A stretch of 58,097 nt of DNA from an uncultured Clostridium sp. (GTDB taxonomy: Bacteria; Bacillota; Clostridia; TANB77; CAG-508), in contig CAYWAH010000003.1 in assembly GCA_964456505.1 (NCBI GenBank), positions 1 through 58,097 of the forward strand, read 5' to 3'. The position numbers and the translations under genes are program-made. Under the pieces are notes generated by a model. The model searched no databases. It was not told the origin of the DNA and saw nothing but the letters and a program-made list of their open reading frames with translations. How positions within the stretch are numbered: the first letter of the stretch is position 1; each line of letters starts with the position of its first letter. Shown piece by piece: positions 18,409 through 31,398 of this stretch.

Positions 18409-19293
18409 ATGGGATTTTTTGACAAATTAAAACATGGTTTAGAAAAATCTAAAATAAATTTTGGATTTAAAAAAGTTGATGAAGAATTATTAGATAATCT
18501 TGAAGAAGAACTTATTATGGCTGATGTTGGAATGGAAACATCAGAAGAAATAATCAATAATTTAAGAAACAATATTAAGAAAAATAAAATAACAGAACCC
18601 GAAGAAGTTAAAGAAGAGTTAAAACGCGAACTTAAAACTATACTTGATAGTAATCCAAATGTTGAACTTGATTTACAAAACAAACCTGCTGTAATTTTAA
18701 TGGTTGGAGTTAATGGTGCAGGTAAAACTACATCAATAGGAAAGATTGCAAATAAGCTAAAATCTGAAGGCAAAAAAGTTTTAATTGTTGCAGGAGATAC
18801 TTTTAGAGCAGGTGCTGTTGAGCAACTTGATGAATGGGCAAAACGTTCTAATTGTGAAATTGTAAAAGGAAATGAAAATCAAGATCCCGCTTCTGTAATA
18901 TTTGAAGGAGTAAAAAAAGCCAAAGACGAAAATTATGATGTTGTAATTTGTGATACTGCCGGAAGATTACAGAACAAAAAATATTTGATGGACGAACTTG
19001 AAAAAATGAAAAAGGTAATTGATAGAGAGTTACCAAATTCATCAAAAGAAACAATTTTAGTATTAGATGGTTCAACCGGACAAAATGCAGTTTCACAAGT
19101 CAAATCATTTAAAGAGTGTACAGGAATAACTGGTCTTATTATTACAAAACTTGATGGAACATCAAAAGGTGGAATAGTTATTAGACTTGTAAAAGAAAAT
19201 AATTTACCAATTAAGTTTATAGGCATTGGCGAGAAAATAGATGATATGGAAAAATTCAATAGCACAGATTTTGTAAATGCTATAATTGAATAA
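18409..19293 (+). CDS. ftsY: Signal recognition particle receptor FtsY
   Basis: 'GVNGAGKTTSIGK', 'DTFRAGA', 'DTAGRL', 'TKLDGTSKGG'. Confidence 0.97.
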   Translation: MGFFDKLKHGLEKSKINFGFKKVDEELLDNLEEELIMADVGMETSEEIINNLRNNIKKNKITEPEEVKEELKRELKTILDSNPNVELDLQNKPAVILMVGVNGAGKTTSIGKIANKLKSEGKKVLIVAGDTFRAGAVEQLDEWAKRSNCEIVKGNENQDPASVIFEGVKKAKDENYDVVICDTAGRLQNKKYLMDELEKMKKVIDRELPNSSKETILVLDGSTGQNAVSQVKSFKECTGITGLIITKLDGTSKGGIVIRLVKENNLPIKFIGIGEKIDDMEKFNSTDFVNAIIE

Positions 19294-19384
19294 ACCGATT
19301 TTAATAGGTAATCACTATTCTAATTACAAATGAGTTATAAATTATAAAAAATATGATTTTAAAATAAAGCAAAAGGAGCGCTAA

Positions 19385-22192
19385 ATGGAAGAGGATAAGG
19401 AATTCAAAACAAAAGAAAATCATAAGGGTAGAAGAATTGTTGTTTCTATTATTTCAATTATTGCTCTATTAATAATAATTGTAAATCTTAGAGGCGACTA
19501 TTTGGAAATGAAAGAAATAGGCGAGAACTATTTAACAACATTTTGGAGAAATACAATTTTATATGGAATTAGTTTTCTAATAAACTTTTTATTTCTATTC
19601 TTTGCTTTCTTTTTAACAAATAAAGAAATAAAGAAAGAGATAAAAATATTCTTTGATGAAGAAAAGAAAGAAATACCAAAGTTTCCAAATAAATCAGTAT
19701 CTTTTGTAATTGCATTGATTGGTTCTGCTTTGTCAACAAAAATTTTACTTAACAAATTTATGCTTTGCTTTAGCAATTCAAAATTTGGAATAAAAGATCC
19801 AATATTTAATTTAGATTTGAGTGTATTTGTTTTGCAAAAACCATTTATTAAATTATTGCTTTTATATTTGCTAATTGTTATTGTTGCTACAATAGCTTAT
19901 GCTTTAATATATTCTATAATAATTTTGAATAAGAGTTTAGATGGTGTTTCAAGAGAAACCCTTTCTAAAGTAAACGTTTTAGGAAGATTAAAATCTAGAA
20001 TTTATCTTATTGCAATTTTACTTGGACTTTTCGTAATTGTATTTATGGTTTTGAATATTGGAAATGAAAAATTCATGGGAATTGAATTAAAAGATGGACT
20101 TTCTTATTCTCTTTATGGTGCAGGACATACTGATGCTACAATAAAACTTGTAGGATTTATTATACTTGCATTTTTGTTTATGTATTCAGTATTTAAGGCA
20201 TATAAAGCATTAGTTGAAAAAAGTGTTAGAAAATTTATAAGCACTATTTTAATTGTACCTGTCTACTTTATTGCATTAGCTTTGATTTTAGCGCTTTATT
20301 CAATGATATTTATGGGTTCTAATAAACTTTCATTCAATGAAAAATACATTAAAGACAATATTCAATACACTAAACAAGCCTATGGTATAAATATTAATGA
20401 AAATACAATTGATTACTCTGGTACAATTTCACAAGATGACATTAAAAATAATAGCAATTTAATAAATAATATAAATATTGTTGGAAGTGAAAATGTTTTA
20501 CAAGATTTAGAGAATTCTAAAGATTCTAAAGGTTTTTACTCATACAGAAATACTCAAATTGAACAATACAATATTGATGGAATTGATACTGCTGTGTACA
20601 TTACACCAAGGGAAATATCAAATACAAATACTTCATATTCTAGCAAGACTTATGAATATACACATGGTTATGGTATAGTAGCAACACTTGCAGGAAAAAC
20701 AGACGAAAACGGAAATTTGAAAGTTGTTCAAGATCAATTTGGTGATTTGTCAAATGCTAAAATAAAAATATCTCAACCTAGAATTTACTTTGGTCTTGAA
20801 AATAATAGTGCAGTTGTAATTAACAGTAATAAAAAGGAAATTGACTACGTAGAAAATGATTCTACAAATTCTGAAGCAATTACTTATAACTATGATGGTC
20901 CTGCTGGTTTATATTTGAATTTCTTTGATAGATTAATCTTAGGAATTAAAGAAAATGATATTAAACTTGCTACATCTACAAATATAAAGAATGACAGTAA
21001 AATTATAACAAATAGAAATGTTATCAATAGAGCAAAGGCCGTTATGCCATATTTGGAATATGATGAAAATCCATATTTAGTTGTTGATGATAATCAAAAT
21101 CAATATTGGGTTATTGATGCATATACCACATCAAATGAATATCCATTTTCACAGAAAACAACTTTAAATGGAATTAAGGAAATCAACTACTTACGTAATT
21201 CTGCAAAAGTTATTGTAAATGCTTATACAGGAGAATTGAAATTCTATATTACTGATAGACAAGATCCAATCATTATGGCATACAATAATATATTCAAAGA
21301 CTTATTTGCAAAAGAGGATGATACAATTCCAGAAGATATTAGTAAACATTTCATTTATCCAAAAGCACTTTATAATATTCAATCTAATATTGTTTCCGAA
21401 TACCATAATATCGAGCCAGAAGTATTTTACAGAGGAAACGATATATGGGAAGTTGCTAAAACCCAAACATCTGGAAAAGAAGATACAATTAAGTCATATT
21501 ATACAATGATTAAAAATAGTGATGGAACATATACAGTTGGATTAGTATTACCTTATAGTGATTATGGCAAACAAAATTTAAGATCATATTTGATTGGTAC
21601 TTATGTTAATGGAAAAGCACAATTGTCGCTTACAAGATTTTCTTCAGATAGTGCTGTATTAGGACCTATTCAACTTGAAACTCAAATAAATCAAGATGAA
21701 AAAATAGCAACAGAAATTGCAAGTCTAAATACAACAGGTACAAAGATTACAAAGAATTTAATTGCTGTTCCTGTTAACAAAACAATGCTTTATGTTGAAA
21801 CTATTTATCAACAATTGATAAATGAAACAACTCAAAAGCCTACATTGAAGAGAGTAGTTGTTGCATCTGGCTCAAAAGTCGCAATTGGTAATGACATAGA
21901 ATCAGCAATTGAAAATTTACTTTCTAAAAATGCTATTGATTTAAATGTTGCCGATGATGAAAACATTGATGATTTGGTTGAAGCAATAATTAAGGCAAAC
22001 GATAATGTAAAAAACTCAAGCAAAGCCGGAGATTGGAAACTTTACGGCGAAGATATGCAAACCCTAACAACATTAATTGATCAATTGAATACAGCAAAAC
22101 AATTGAAAGATAAGGAAGCGCTAGAGCAACAAACTAATGAAGTAAATAGTTCAAATGAAGTAGTTAATAGCAATACAGTAGCAAATAATTAA
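19385..22192 (+). CDS. UPF0182 family membrane protein
   Basis: N-terminal TM helices; 'YTHGYG', 'QPRIYFG', 'WVIDAYTTSNEYPFS', 'NYLRNSAK', 'YFRQDP'-like 'ITDRQDPII'. Confidence 0.9.
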   Translation: MEEDKEFKTKENHKGRRIVVSIISIIALLIIIVNLRGDYLEMKEIGENYLTTFWRNTILYGISFLINFLFLFFAFFLTNKEIKKEIKIFFDEEKKEIPKFPNKSVSFVIALIGSALSTKILLNKFMLCFSNSKFGIKDPIFNLDLSVFVLQKPFIKLLLLYLLIVIVATIAYALIYSIIILNKSLDGVSRETLSKVNVLGRLKSRIYLIAILLGLFVIVFMVLNIGNEKFMGIELKDGLSYSLYGAGHTDATIKLVGFIILAFLFMYSVFKAYKALVEKSVRKFISTILIVPVYFIALALILALYSMIFMGSNKLSFNEKYIKDNIQYTKQAYGININENTIDYSGTISQDDIKNNSNLINNINIVGSENVLQDLENSKDSKGFYSYRNTQIEQYNIDGIDTAVYITPREISNTNTSYSSKTYEYTHGYGIVATLAGKTDENGNLKVVQDQFGDLSNAKIKISQPRIYFGLENNSAVVINSNKKEIDYVENDSTNSEAITYNYDGPAGLYLNFFDRLILGIKENDIKLATSTNIKNDSKIITNRNVINRAKAVMPYLEYDENPYLVVDDNQNQYWVIDAYTTSNEYPFSQKTTLNGIKEINYLRNSAKVIVNAYTGELKFYITDRQDPIIMAYNNIFKDLFAKEDDTIPEDISKHFIYPKALYNIQSNIVSEYHNIEPEVFYRGNDIWEVAKTQTSGKEDTIKSYYTMIKNSDGTYTVGLVLPYSDYGKQNLRSYLIGTYVNGKAQLSLTRFSSDSAVLGPIQLETQINQDEKIATEIASLNTTGTKITKNLIAVPVNKTMLYVETIYQQLINETTQKPTLKRVVVASGSKVAIGNDIESAIENLLSKNAIDLNVADDENIDDLVEAIIKANDNVKNSSKAGDWKLYGEDMQTLTTLIDQLNTAKQLKDKEALEQQTNEVNSSNEVVNSNTVANN

Positions 22193-22227
22193 TTTTATAA
22201 TAATTTTTAAAACGGAGGAAAAAATAA

Positions 22228-22824
22228 ATGAATACACCTAACAAATTAACAGTGTTTAGAATATTATTAGTGCCTTTAATGATAATAGTTTCATTGATAA
22301 ATATTCCAGGGACTGTACTAGGAGATCCAACAAAGTTTTTTATAATTGATATTATTTTTATAATTGGATCAATTACAGATAAACTTGATGGATACCTTGC
22401 TAGAAAAAATAATCAAGTAACTAATTTTGGAAAATTTCTAGATCCAATTGCAGATAAAATACTTGTTATTTCAGCTATGTTAATTCTAGTTGAAGCGGGC
22501 AGACTTCCATCTTGGATTCCAATTATTATAATTATGCGAGAGTTTGCTGTATCTGGTTATAGATTAATTGCTGTTCAAGAAAAGGGAGAAGTTATTGCAG
22601 CAAGTATGTGGGGAAAAATAAAAACAGTCACTCAAATGATTGCAATAATTTTAGCATTATTAGATACTAATAAATTTGGTGCTATATTTGTTAGTGAATT
22701 AACAGGAATGAGTTTTGTATTAAATTTATTTTCAACAATCCTAATGATTGTTTGCACAATTGCAACAATATTCTCAGGCTGGGATTATTTAAAAAACGGA
22801 AAAGATTTGTTAAATACAAAATAA
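22228..22824 (+). CDS. pgsA: CDP-diacylglycerol--glycerol-3-phosphate 3-phosphatidyltransferase
   Basis: 'PNKLTVFRI', 'TDKLDGYLARK..TNFGKFLDPIADK', 'GKIKTVTQM'. Confidence 0.96.
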   Translation: MNTPNKLTVFRILLVPLMIIVSLINIPGTVLGDPTKFFIIDIIFIIGSITDKLDGYLARKNNQVTNFGKFLDPIADKILVISAMLILVEAGRLPSWIPIIIIMREFAVSGYRLIAVQEKGEVIAASMWGKIKTVTQMIAIILALLDTNKFGAIFVSELTGMSFVLNLFSTILMIVCTIATIFSGWDYLKNGKDLLNTK

Positions 22825-22840
22825 TTACAAAAGTTATTAG

Positions 22841-24832
<1,992 letters not shown>

Positions 24833-24949
24833 AGTTTAAATAAAACACTATAACTTGTTTGCTATTTTAAAAGGGTTTAGAATCCTAAAAATAATTTATT
24901 ATTTAAAATTACGAAAGGAGCAGTATGATAAAAATCATACGCATTAAAA

Positions 24950-25186
24950 ATGGAAATAAATGAATATCCTTTTAAACAATTAAATAAAGATTTAGACAAT
25001 GGATATAAAGTTTTATTTGATTATGTTAGAAATAGATATATGCTTTATAAGGTAAATGATAATTGCTATATGAGAGAACTTGTTGAGCAGAAAACTAGAA
25101 ATCCTGCACAAGAAAAGGCAATGATTACGTTTAAAGCGATTAAACAAATGTATCCGTACTTTTCCAACATAGAATATAAACAATAG
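24950..25186 (+). CDS. Small hypothetical protein
   Basis: 78-aa ORF; the RBS-preceded ATG at 24925 is out of frame by one base. Confidence 0.65.
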   Translation: MEINEYPFKQLNKDLDNGYKVLFDYVRNRYMLYKVNDNCYMRELVEQKTRNPAQEKAMITFKAIKQMYPYFSNIEYKQ

Positions 25187-25193
25187 CTTTAGC

Positions 25194-25319
25194 GTTTGGG
25201 GCATAATTGCCCTTTGACGTCGTTAAACTTCAATGATAATCTTTTCAACGTACAAATAGTACGCCTCAAAGATTTATCATTTCGTTTGCCTAGTCAAAAG
25301 AACAATTCTGCCTCCAAAC
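25194..25319. repeat. Long imperfect intergenic hairpin (REP/MITE-like or structured RNA)
   Basis: Nested pairings GTTTGG/CCAAAC, AATTG/CAATT, CTTTGAC/GTCAAAAG, AAAC/GTTT, AATGATAA/TTATCATT, TCTTT/AAAGA, apical CGTAC-AAATA-GTACG. Confidence 0.7.
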
Positions 25320-25387
25320 TTTATAATTAATTTATTTTTATTAAAAAAATTCAAATATTAAGTAAAAAATAAAGAGAGGGGAGATAG

Positions 25388-25807
25388 ATGGAAAACGAAG
25401 ACGAAGAAAAAGAATACATGATTGAAGATGCTGAAGCCAATTCCGATAATAAAGAATTTATGTTGCAAGCAATAAAAGACAAATCTCCTTGGGTTATAAG
25501 ATATGCAAGTGATAGATTACATGATGATAAAGATTTGATGATGACAGCAGTTAAGTGTGATGGACAAGAACTCTATTATGCAAGTAAAAGATTAAGAAAT
25601 GATAAAGAACTTGTAATGGAGGCAATTAAAAATAAGCCATTAATCGTTAAATATGCAAGCAAAAAACTTAGAGGAGATAAAGATATAGCCAAAACTGTTT
25701 TATTACAAAATAAGGATAAATTTAAAATTTATTTAACAGATGAAATTTTAAATGATCCAGAAATAAAAGAAATAATTGAAGGGGATAAGAAAGATGAAGA
25801 AAATTAG
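25388..25807 (+). CDS. DUF4116-repeat protein
   Basis: Repeats 'YASDRLHDDKDLMMTAVK', 'YASKRLRNDKELVMEAIK', 'YASKKLRGDKDIAKTVL'. Confidence 0.85.
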   Translation: MENEDEEKEYMIEDAEANSDNKEFMLQAIKDKSPWVIRYASDRLHDDKDLMMTAVKCDGQELYYASKRLRNDKELVMEAIKNKPLIVKYASKKLRGDKDIAKTVLLQNKDKFKIYLTDEILNDPEIKEIIEGDKKDEEN

Positions 25808-27842
25808 TTTGGTATTTGTAATAATAGCAACAATATTATTACTTCCTGTTGGAAATATTTTTGCAAGTGAAGAAAATGGTAAAACTAATAATGTGCAAAC
25901 TAATGAAATAATTACTAATTCTGAAAGCACAAAAGAAAACTATGATAAAAAGGATAACACTAATTCAAATGAAAATAATTTAATTAACAATATTGAAATA
26001 AAAGACAATGAAAAAAGTTCAAATACTATTACCTCTAACAAAGCTAAAAGAAATATCAGTATTAAAACAAATACATATACAGAAAATAATGTTAAAGAAG
26101 AAAACAAAAATAATAATTCAATTAAAAGCGGTGAAAATACAAATACTGTTGTTAACAATGTACCAAATAATTCTGGTAAAAAGCAGAATAATCAAACAAA
26201 AAGAAATGTACAAAGAAATGTAACTATACCAAATTCATTAAATTCTACAAATAGCACAAATAGTACAAATATGACTAATGGTATTAGTACAAAAACAACT
26301 ACTACTAATAAAAACAATACCACTACTGCAAAAAATACTACCACAACGAATACAACAAAAAGCACAAAAACAGAAGCGGTAGACAATACGCCAAATTCAA
26401 TTGGTTATATTGGTCACATCCAAAATATTGGTTGGCAATCACAAAAAAAGGATGGAGAAGTTGCTGGTACTTCCGGACGTGGATTAAGAATGGAGGCCAT
26501 TAAAATAACTCCAATTTCCAAAAGTGCTCAGTATAAAAAAGACAATATAAAAATATACTATCAAGCACATGTTCAAAATATAGGCTGGCAAAAATATGTT
26601 ACAGAAAATCAAATAGCAGGAACTACAGGCAGAGGATTAAGAATAGAAGCAATTAGAATAAAATTGTCTGATAACAATGATTATTCTATAAAATACAGAG
26701 TTCATGTACAAAATATTGGCTGGATGCCATGGAAATATGATGATGAAATTGCAGGAACAACAGGTCAAAGTTTAAGAATTGAAGCAATACAAATTCAAAT
26801 TGTAAAAAAAGTTCAAAAACAACCACATATTTATTATAAAGCACATGTACAAAACGTTGGATGGCAATACACTAGAACAGATGGAGGAACTGCTGGCACA
26901 ACAGGTAGATCACTTAGAGTTGAAGCATTAAATATTAATATCGAAAATATTGGAAATATAGGTATTAACTATCAGACTCATGTACAAAATATTGGTTGGA
27001 TGAAATGGGTTAGAGGCGGACAAAATTCTGGAACAACTGGTAGAGGACTAAGAGTAGAGGCAATTAGAATAAAACTAGATGATAATAACAAATATTCTGT
27101 ACAATACAGAGTCCATGTACAAAATGTTGGATGGATGCCTTGGAAAATTGATGGAGAGATGGCTGGCACAACAGGTCGTTCTTTAAGGATTGAAGCTATA
27201 CAAATTAGAATAATTTCAAAACAAAAAGCAAGACTAAATGGTGTTGATGTAAGTGAACATAATTCTAAACGTGGTAATAGTTTGAATTGGGATTCAATTA
27301 AAAACAGTACTGACTTTGCAATTCTAAGATTAGGCTGGGTTGGAAATGATGATACAGATTATACATATGTAGATTCAAAATTTAATGAATATTATAATGA
27401 ATGTAAAAAGAGAAATATTCCTATTGGTGTATATGTATTTAATTATTGCAGAGATGCAAATAAATCTATAAGAAATGCAAATTGGGTTGCATCGCAATTA
27501 AAAAATAAGTCAATAAATTATGGTGTTTACTTTGATATCGAAAATACCGTTTCAAATAATAAACAAATATATGATGGTGTATCAAATGAAACATTGACAG
27601 CTGTTGTTAAAAATTTCTGTGATACTTTAAAGAAACAAAATTACAATACTGGATTTTATACAAATAAAAAATTTGCGATAGAAAGATTAAATATGAATCA
27701 ATTAAGCAACCACGAATTTTGGATTGCACAATATAATGATACAGTTACATATACTGGAAAATATAAGATGTGGCAATATACTAGTCAAGGCACAATCCCT
27801 GGATGTGTAGGTAATTTGGATTTGAATTATAGATATAAATAA
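25794..27842 (+). CDS. Secreted cell-wall hydrolase: signal peptide, N/T-rich linker, six ChW repeats, GH25 lysozyme domain
   Basis: Signal 'MKKISLVFVIIATILLLPVGNIFA'; six 'H(V/I)QN(I/V)GW...GTTG..LR.EA' repeats; GH25 'GVDVSEHN', 'YFDIE', 'WIAQY', 'WQYTSQG..PG..GNLDLN'. Confidence 0.9.
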   Translation: MKKISLVFVIIATILLLPVGNIFASEENGKTNNVQTNEIITNSESTKENYDKKDNTNSNENNLINNIEIKDNEKSSNTITSNKAKRNISIKTNTYTENNVKEENKNNNSIKSGENTNTVVNNVPNNSGKKQNNQTKRNVQRNVTIPNSLNSTNSTNSTNMTNGISTKTTTTNKNNTTTAKNTTTTNTTKSTKTEAVDNTPNSIGYIGHIQNIGWQSQKKDGEVAGTSGRGLRMEAIKITPISKSAQYKKDNIKIYYQAHVQNIGWQKYVTENQIAGTTGRGLRIEAIRIKLSDNNDYSIKYRVHVQNIGWMPWKYDDEIAGTTGQSLRIEAIQIQIVKKVQKQPHIYYKAHVQNVGWQYTRTDGGTAGTTGRSLRVEALNINIENIGNIGINYQTHVQNIGWMKWVRGGQNSGTTGRGLRVEAIRIKLDDNNKYSVQYRVHVQNVGWMPWKIDGEMAGTTGRSLRIEAIQIRIISKQKARLNGVDVSEHNSKRGNSLNWDSIKNSTDFAILRLGWVGNDDTDYTYVDSKFNEYYNECKKRNIPIGVYVFNYCRDANKSIRNANWVASQLKNKSINYGVYFDIENTVSNNKQIYDGVSNETLTAVVKNFCDTLKKQNYNTGFYTNKKFAIERLNMNQLSNHEFWIAQYNDTVTYTGKYKMWQYTSQGTIPGCVGNLDLNYRYK

Positions 27843-27962
27843 CTACTAATGAAGTAACAAATCAAGAAAGTATTCACGAAACAAATGAGTATAAAAAATA
27901 CTAATGTTAGTACAAACTTGGAGATTTTATTTTTTAAACTATAATTTCATTCATATCAAATA

Positions 27963-27990
27963 AAAAAGGTTCCAATTGGAACCTTTTTTG
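27963..27990. terminator. Bidirectional terminator
   Basis: AAAAAAGGTTCCAATTGGAACCTTTTTT between convergent genes. Confidence 0.8.
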
Positions 27991-28023
27991 TTTGGGATTT
28001 TAGTTTTTAAAATTTCAATTTTT

Positions 28024-28533
28024 TTAGCCTACTTTGAAATTGTTGAGTTTTTCAAGGCTCTTGGCTAGCTCAACTTTTTCATTCAACTTTTTTTCGACTT
28101 CCTTAGCTTCAGACAAATATTTTTTCAATGAAGCCTTATGCTTTTGGGTAAGCAAATTTTTAGGCTTAAGTAATTTGTTACCAGCATAAATAAAATTTTG
28201 GTAATGATGTAGAATTTCCTCAGTATAAAATGAGAAAGACTCTGAATCTTTTACATTTAGCTGATTTAATTCAGATATTTGAAAGAACTCTAGCATGCCT
28301 TCAATATGTCTGTAATAATCAACCAAGTGTCTATATTCTCTATTATAAAATAGAGAAGTATAGTATAAAGCCAAATATAAAATCACTTCGCCCATTCCAA
28401 ATAATATGGAAATTAAAACTTGCCTAAAATAAAAAGACAAAAATATTGAAATAATCAAAAAAATTATTTCTACCATCAATAATGGCATCATTTGTACAAA
28501 AACTAAATCCCTGGTGTGCTTAATGCTTTCCAT
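28024..28533 (-). CDS. Hypothetical membrane protein (two N-terminal TM helices)
   Basis: 169-aa ORF, GAGG RBS, hydrophobic N-terminal half. Confidence 0.7.
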   Translation of the reverse strand: MESIKHTRDLVFVQMMPLLMVEIIFLIISIFLSFYFRQVLISILFGMGEVILYLALYYTSLFYNREYRHLVDYYRHIEGMLEFFQISELNQLNVKDSESFSFYTEEILHHYQNFIYAGNKLLKPKNLLTQKHKASLKKYLSEAKEVEKKLNEKVELAKSLEKLNNFKVG

Positions 28534-28758
28534 AATGGAAACCTCTTTTCTCTAACTGATGCTAATACCTTAAAAATGCATAAAGAGTACTTAGCAAAAT
28601 TATATGTACAATATTATTATACCACAATTGACATAATTCAGCAATATAATTATGAAAAAAATTTTATTTTTAAAATTAATGAAATTAATAATAAAAAGTG
28701 CTATAATGTACTAGATGTTTATTTAGCAAAGCCAAAAATAATATGAGGTGAATAAAAG

Positions 28759-29535
28759 ATGTTAAATCAATTTTCAAGAACAGAATTAATAATTGGTAAA
28801 GATAATATTGAAAAACTTCATAATTCTAAAGCTGCAATCTTTGGAATAGGGGGTGTAGGCTCTTACGTTGTTGAAGGTCTTGTTAGAGCAGGAGTTGGTA
28901 GTTTTATTTTAGTAGATGATGACAGAGTTTGCTTAACCAATTTAAATAGACAAATAATTGCAACGAGAAAAACAATTGGAAAATATAAAGTTGAAGTTGC
29001 AAGAGATAGAATACTTGAAATAAATCCAGATGCCAATGTTGAAATACATCAAGAATTCTTTATGCCTGATAGTAAGGAAATACTTGATGATAGTATTGAT
29101 TACATTGTAGATTGCGTTGATACTGTAACTGCTAAGATTGAAATAATTATTAGGGCAAAGAAACTTGGAATTCCAGTAATTTCATGTATGGGGACAGGAA
29201 ATAAAATTGATCCAACACAACTGGAAGTAACTGATATTTACAAAACCAGTGTATGTCCACTTGCTAAAGTAATGAGAAAAGAATTGAAAGCAAGGGGAGT
29301 TGATCATTTGAAAGTTGTTTATTCAAAAGAACAACCAATTATTCCAGATGAAAATTCTGAAAGTAGTTGTAAAAATGGATGTGTGTGCCCACCAGGAACA
29401 AAGAGAAAATGCACAGCAAGAAATCAAGTACCTGGAAGCATCTCATTTGTTCCATCAGTTGCTGGTCTAATCATATCAGGAGAAATTGTAAAAGATATTA
29501 TTAATTTAGACAAGGTTTATAGCAAAGAAAAATAA
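28759..29535 (+). CDS. tcdA: tRNA threonylcarbamoyladenosine dehydratase (ThiF family)
   Basis: 'GIGGVGS', 'TNLNRQI', 'SCMGTGNKIDP', 'CPLAKVMRKEL', 'PGSISFVPSVAG'. Confidence 0.92.
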   Translation: MLNQFSRTELIIGKDNIEKLHNSKAAIFGIGGVGSYVVEGLVRAGVGSFILVDDDRVCLTNLNRQIIATRKTIGKYKVEVARDRILEINPDANVEIHQEFFMPDSKEILDDSIDYIVDCVDTVTAKIEIIIRAKKLGIPVISCMGTGNKIDPTQLEVTDIYKTSVCPLAKVMRKELKARGVDHLKVVYSKEQPIIPDENSESSCKNGCVCPPGTKRKCTARNQVPGSISFVPSVAGLIISGEIVKDIINLDKVYSKEK

Positions 29536-29679
29536 GGCTTAAATTATAAAATAGAAAAATAATTATTTGAAAAAATTTTTATTAATCGTATTTACTTTTT
29601 TTAATAATTGAATTATAATGCAATTATAATTCAGATATAATCTAATTAAAAATATTTAGAAAAGAAAAGGAGATTAATT

Positions 29680-30369
29680 ATGGCTGAAGAAAAGAAAACA
29701 AAAAAAGAAGTTAGTGAAACTGATCAAATCAAATCAGAAGCAAAGGCTACTTTCAATGACACAAAGGAGTCTTTCAAAAATGTAAAATTTAAGGAAGATG
29801 CAAAGAAAACTACAGGTTATGTTTCAGGAATGTTAAAAAATCCTTTTGAAACATTAAAATCAATTGCAAATGATTCTAAGAACAAGAATTTTAAATATGC
29901 ATTACTTATGATTTGTGTTTGGCTAATTGCTATTTTGATAGTAGAAATCAAAGGGAGTTACTGGCACAAAGGATTTGTTGGAAGCAGTATAAAAACAATT
30001 ATCTGTAGTGTATTAGCACCTGTTATTGGAATATTAGCTTATTCTTTAATAGTATATTTTACACAAAAGGATGCCAAAAAGAATTTAACAACAAATATTA
30101 CAGTTACAACAACTGCATTAATGCCTAAAATTTTAGTTAGCATTATTAGTATTTTAGAATTAGTAAGTTCTAAATTTGATGAAATAGTTACACCATTATA
30201 TTTATTTGCAAATGCTGTTTCAATTGTTCTAATTTACTTTGGAACAAAAGCTCTTATTGGAGAAAGTGAAGAAAACGAATTCTTTAAGAAATATTGCTTA
30301 ATTCAATTCGTATATGTTTTAGTATACTTTATCTTTACTTTCTTAAAATTGGCTATACCAATGATATAA
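29680..30369 (+). CDS. Hypothetical multi-pass membrane protein (Yip1-like topology)
   Basis: Charged N-terminus followed by about five hydrophobic segments. Confidence 0.7.
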   Translation: MAEEKKTKKEVSETDQIKSEAKATFNDTKESFKNVKFKEDAKKTTGYVSGMLKNPFETLKSIANDSKNKNFKYALLMICVWLIAILIVEIKGSYWHKGFVGSSIKTIICSVLAPVIGILAYSLIVYFTQKDAKKNLTTNITVTTTALMPKILVSIISILELVSSKFDEIVTPLYLFANAVSIVLIYFGTKALIGESEENEFFKKYCLIQFVYVLVYFIFTFLKLAIPMI

Positions 30370-30494
30370 TTTATAATTGCTATTTATATATAGACATGAA
30401 TTTGGAAATGATGTATTTTTTATGTAATTATTATAAAAGTTAAATTTTAAAAGAATACTTGATTATATTTTATAATAATATAAAAACATGACTT

Positions 30495-30526
30495 AAAAAA
30501 GTTGGAAACTATTTTCCAACTTTTTT
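30495..30526. terminator. Bidirectional terminator
   Basis: AAAAAAGTTGGAAA-CTAT-TTTCCAACTTTTTT. Confidence 0.7.
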
Positions 30527-31398
30527 ATTTCTCATTCTTATGTTGCTTCAAAAGGCCAATCATAAGCCCAGTGTTTTCAAATATAAATGTTTGAATATAT
30601 GGACCACCTTGATTGTTGTAGACTGTATCCATTTCTGTTGTTGGAGAGCATGGATTACTTTTAATAAACTCTGTATAATCTTCATATTTTCTACCAGTGT
30701 AATCTGCTGGTTCAGCTCTCTTTTTTAACTTTTTCTTTTTGGTTATTTTTCTTGAAACTTTTCTTCTTAAGTCAATATTTGTAATTCCCCAATCTTTAAA
30801 AAGACCCATTTCAATGTATGTATAAATTGTTTTAGCACATTGTGTAATTTCCCTATGATTTTGTAAAATCGTGTAAATTGACTGTCCCTGTTTAATTAAA
30901 GGGCATATGATGTGTGCTAATTCATAAAGCTCAGTTGTGTTCAAATTTACACCAATTCTCGAATCTTTTAATGTGTATTCATATTTTTTCTGTGCAACCT
31001 TTGCATAATAAAAATATTTGGCTTTTTTACATGTTTTAATGCTTGGACAATTATTACATGCACCAACAAAACGATCTCTTCTAAAACATGGAATTTCTTC
31101 AAAGCTTTGACATTTACTAATACAAATTTTACATTCATTAAAATGTTTACACATCCATGGAGAGTCATCAATTTGTGAATATCTACGTTGCCTGTATTTT
31201 CTAATTTCTTTTCCAATTGCTGATTGACTTTTCTGTATTTCATTTGCTGTTTCATATTTTCTTTTTCCTTGGATAATATTGGTTTCAATATGCATTCTAT
31301 CTTCAAGTGAAAGATGTTTTCCATCATTTATACTCATAAAACCTTCTTTCCCAAGAAACACCTGTAATATAATTATACCACTTTCTTTTAATCTTACA
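30525..31398 (-). mobile_element. Truncated IS30-family element; transposase 31337-30525, C-terminal DDE region lost
   Basis: 'KHLSLEDRMHIE..G...A..I.KSQSAIGKEIRK' HTH, Cys-rich insert, 'LRRKV', 'EMDTV' (first catalytic D), then an abrupt end. Candidate left end TGTAAGATTAA at 31398 on the minus strand. Confidence 0.85.

Noticed and set aside
24925-24963. RBS-preceded short ORF MIKIIRIKNGNK overlapping the 78-aa gene
   Set aside because: Most simply a one-base slip in an A-run or a minor start ambiguity; no evidence of regulation.
26390-27230. Regularly spaced DNA repeats (CATGTACAAAATATTGG...GGAACAACAGG) resembling a CRISPR array
   Set aside because: They are the coding ChW repeats of the GH25 hydrolase; no cas genes or repeat-spacer structure.
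27843-27905. Coding-like tail (TTNEVTNQESIHETNEYK) after the GH25 stop
   Set aside because: Short, out of frame and without a start; at most a relic.
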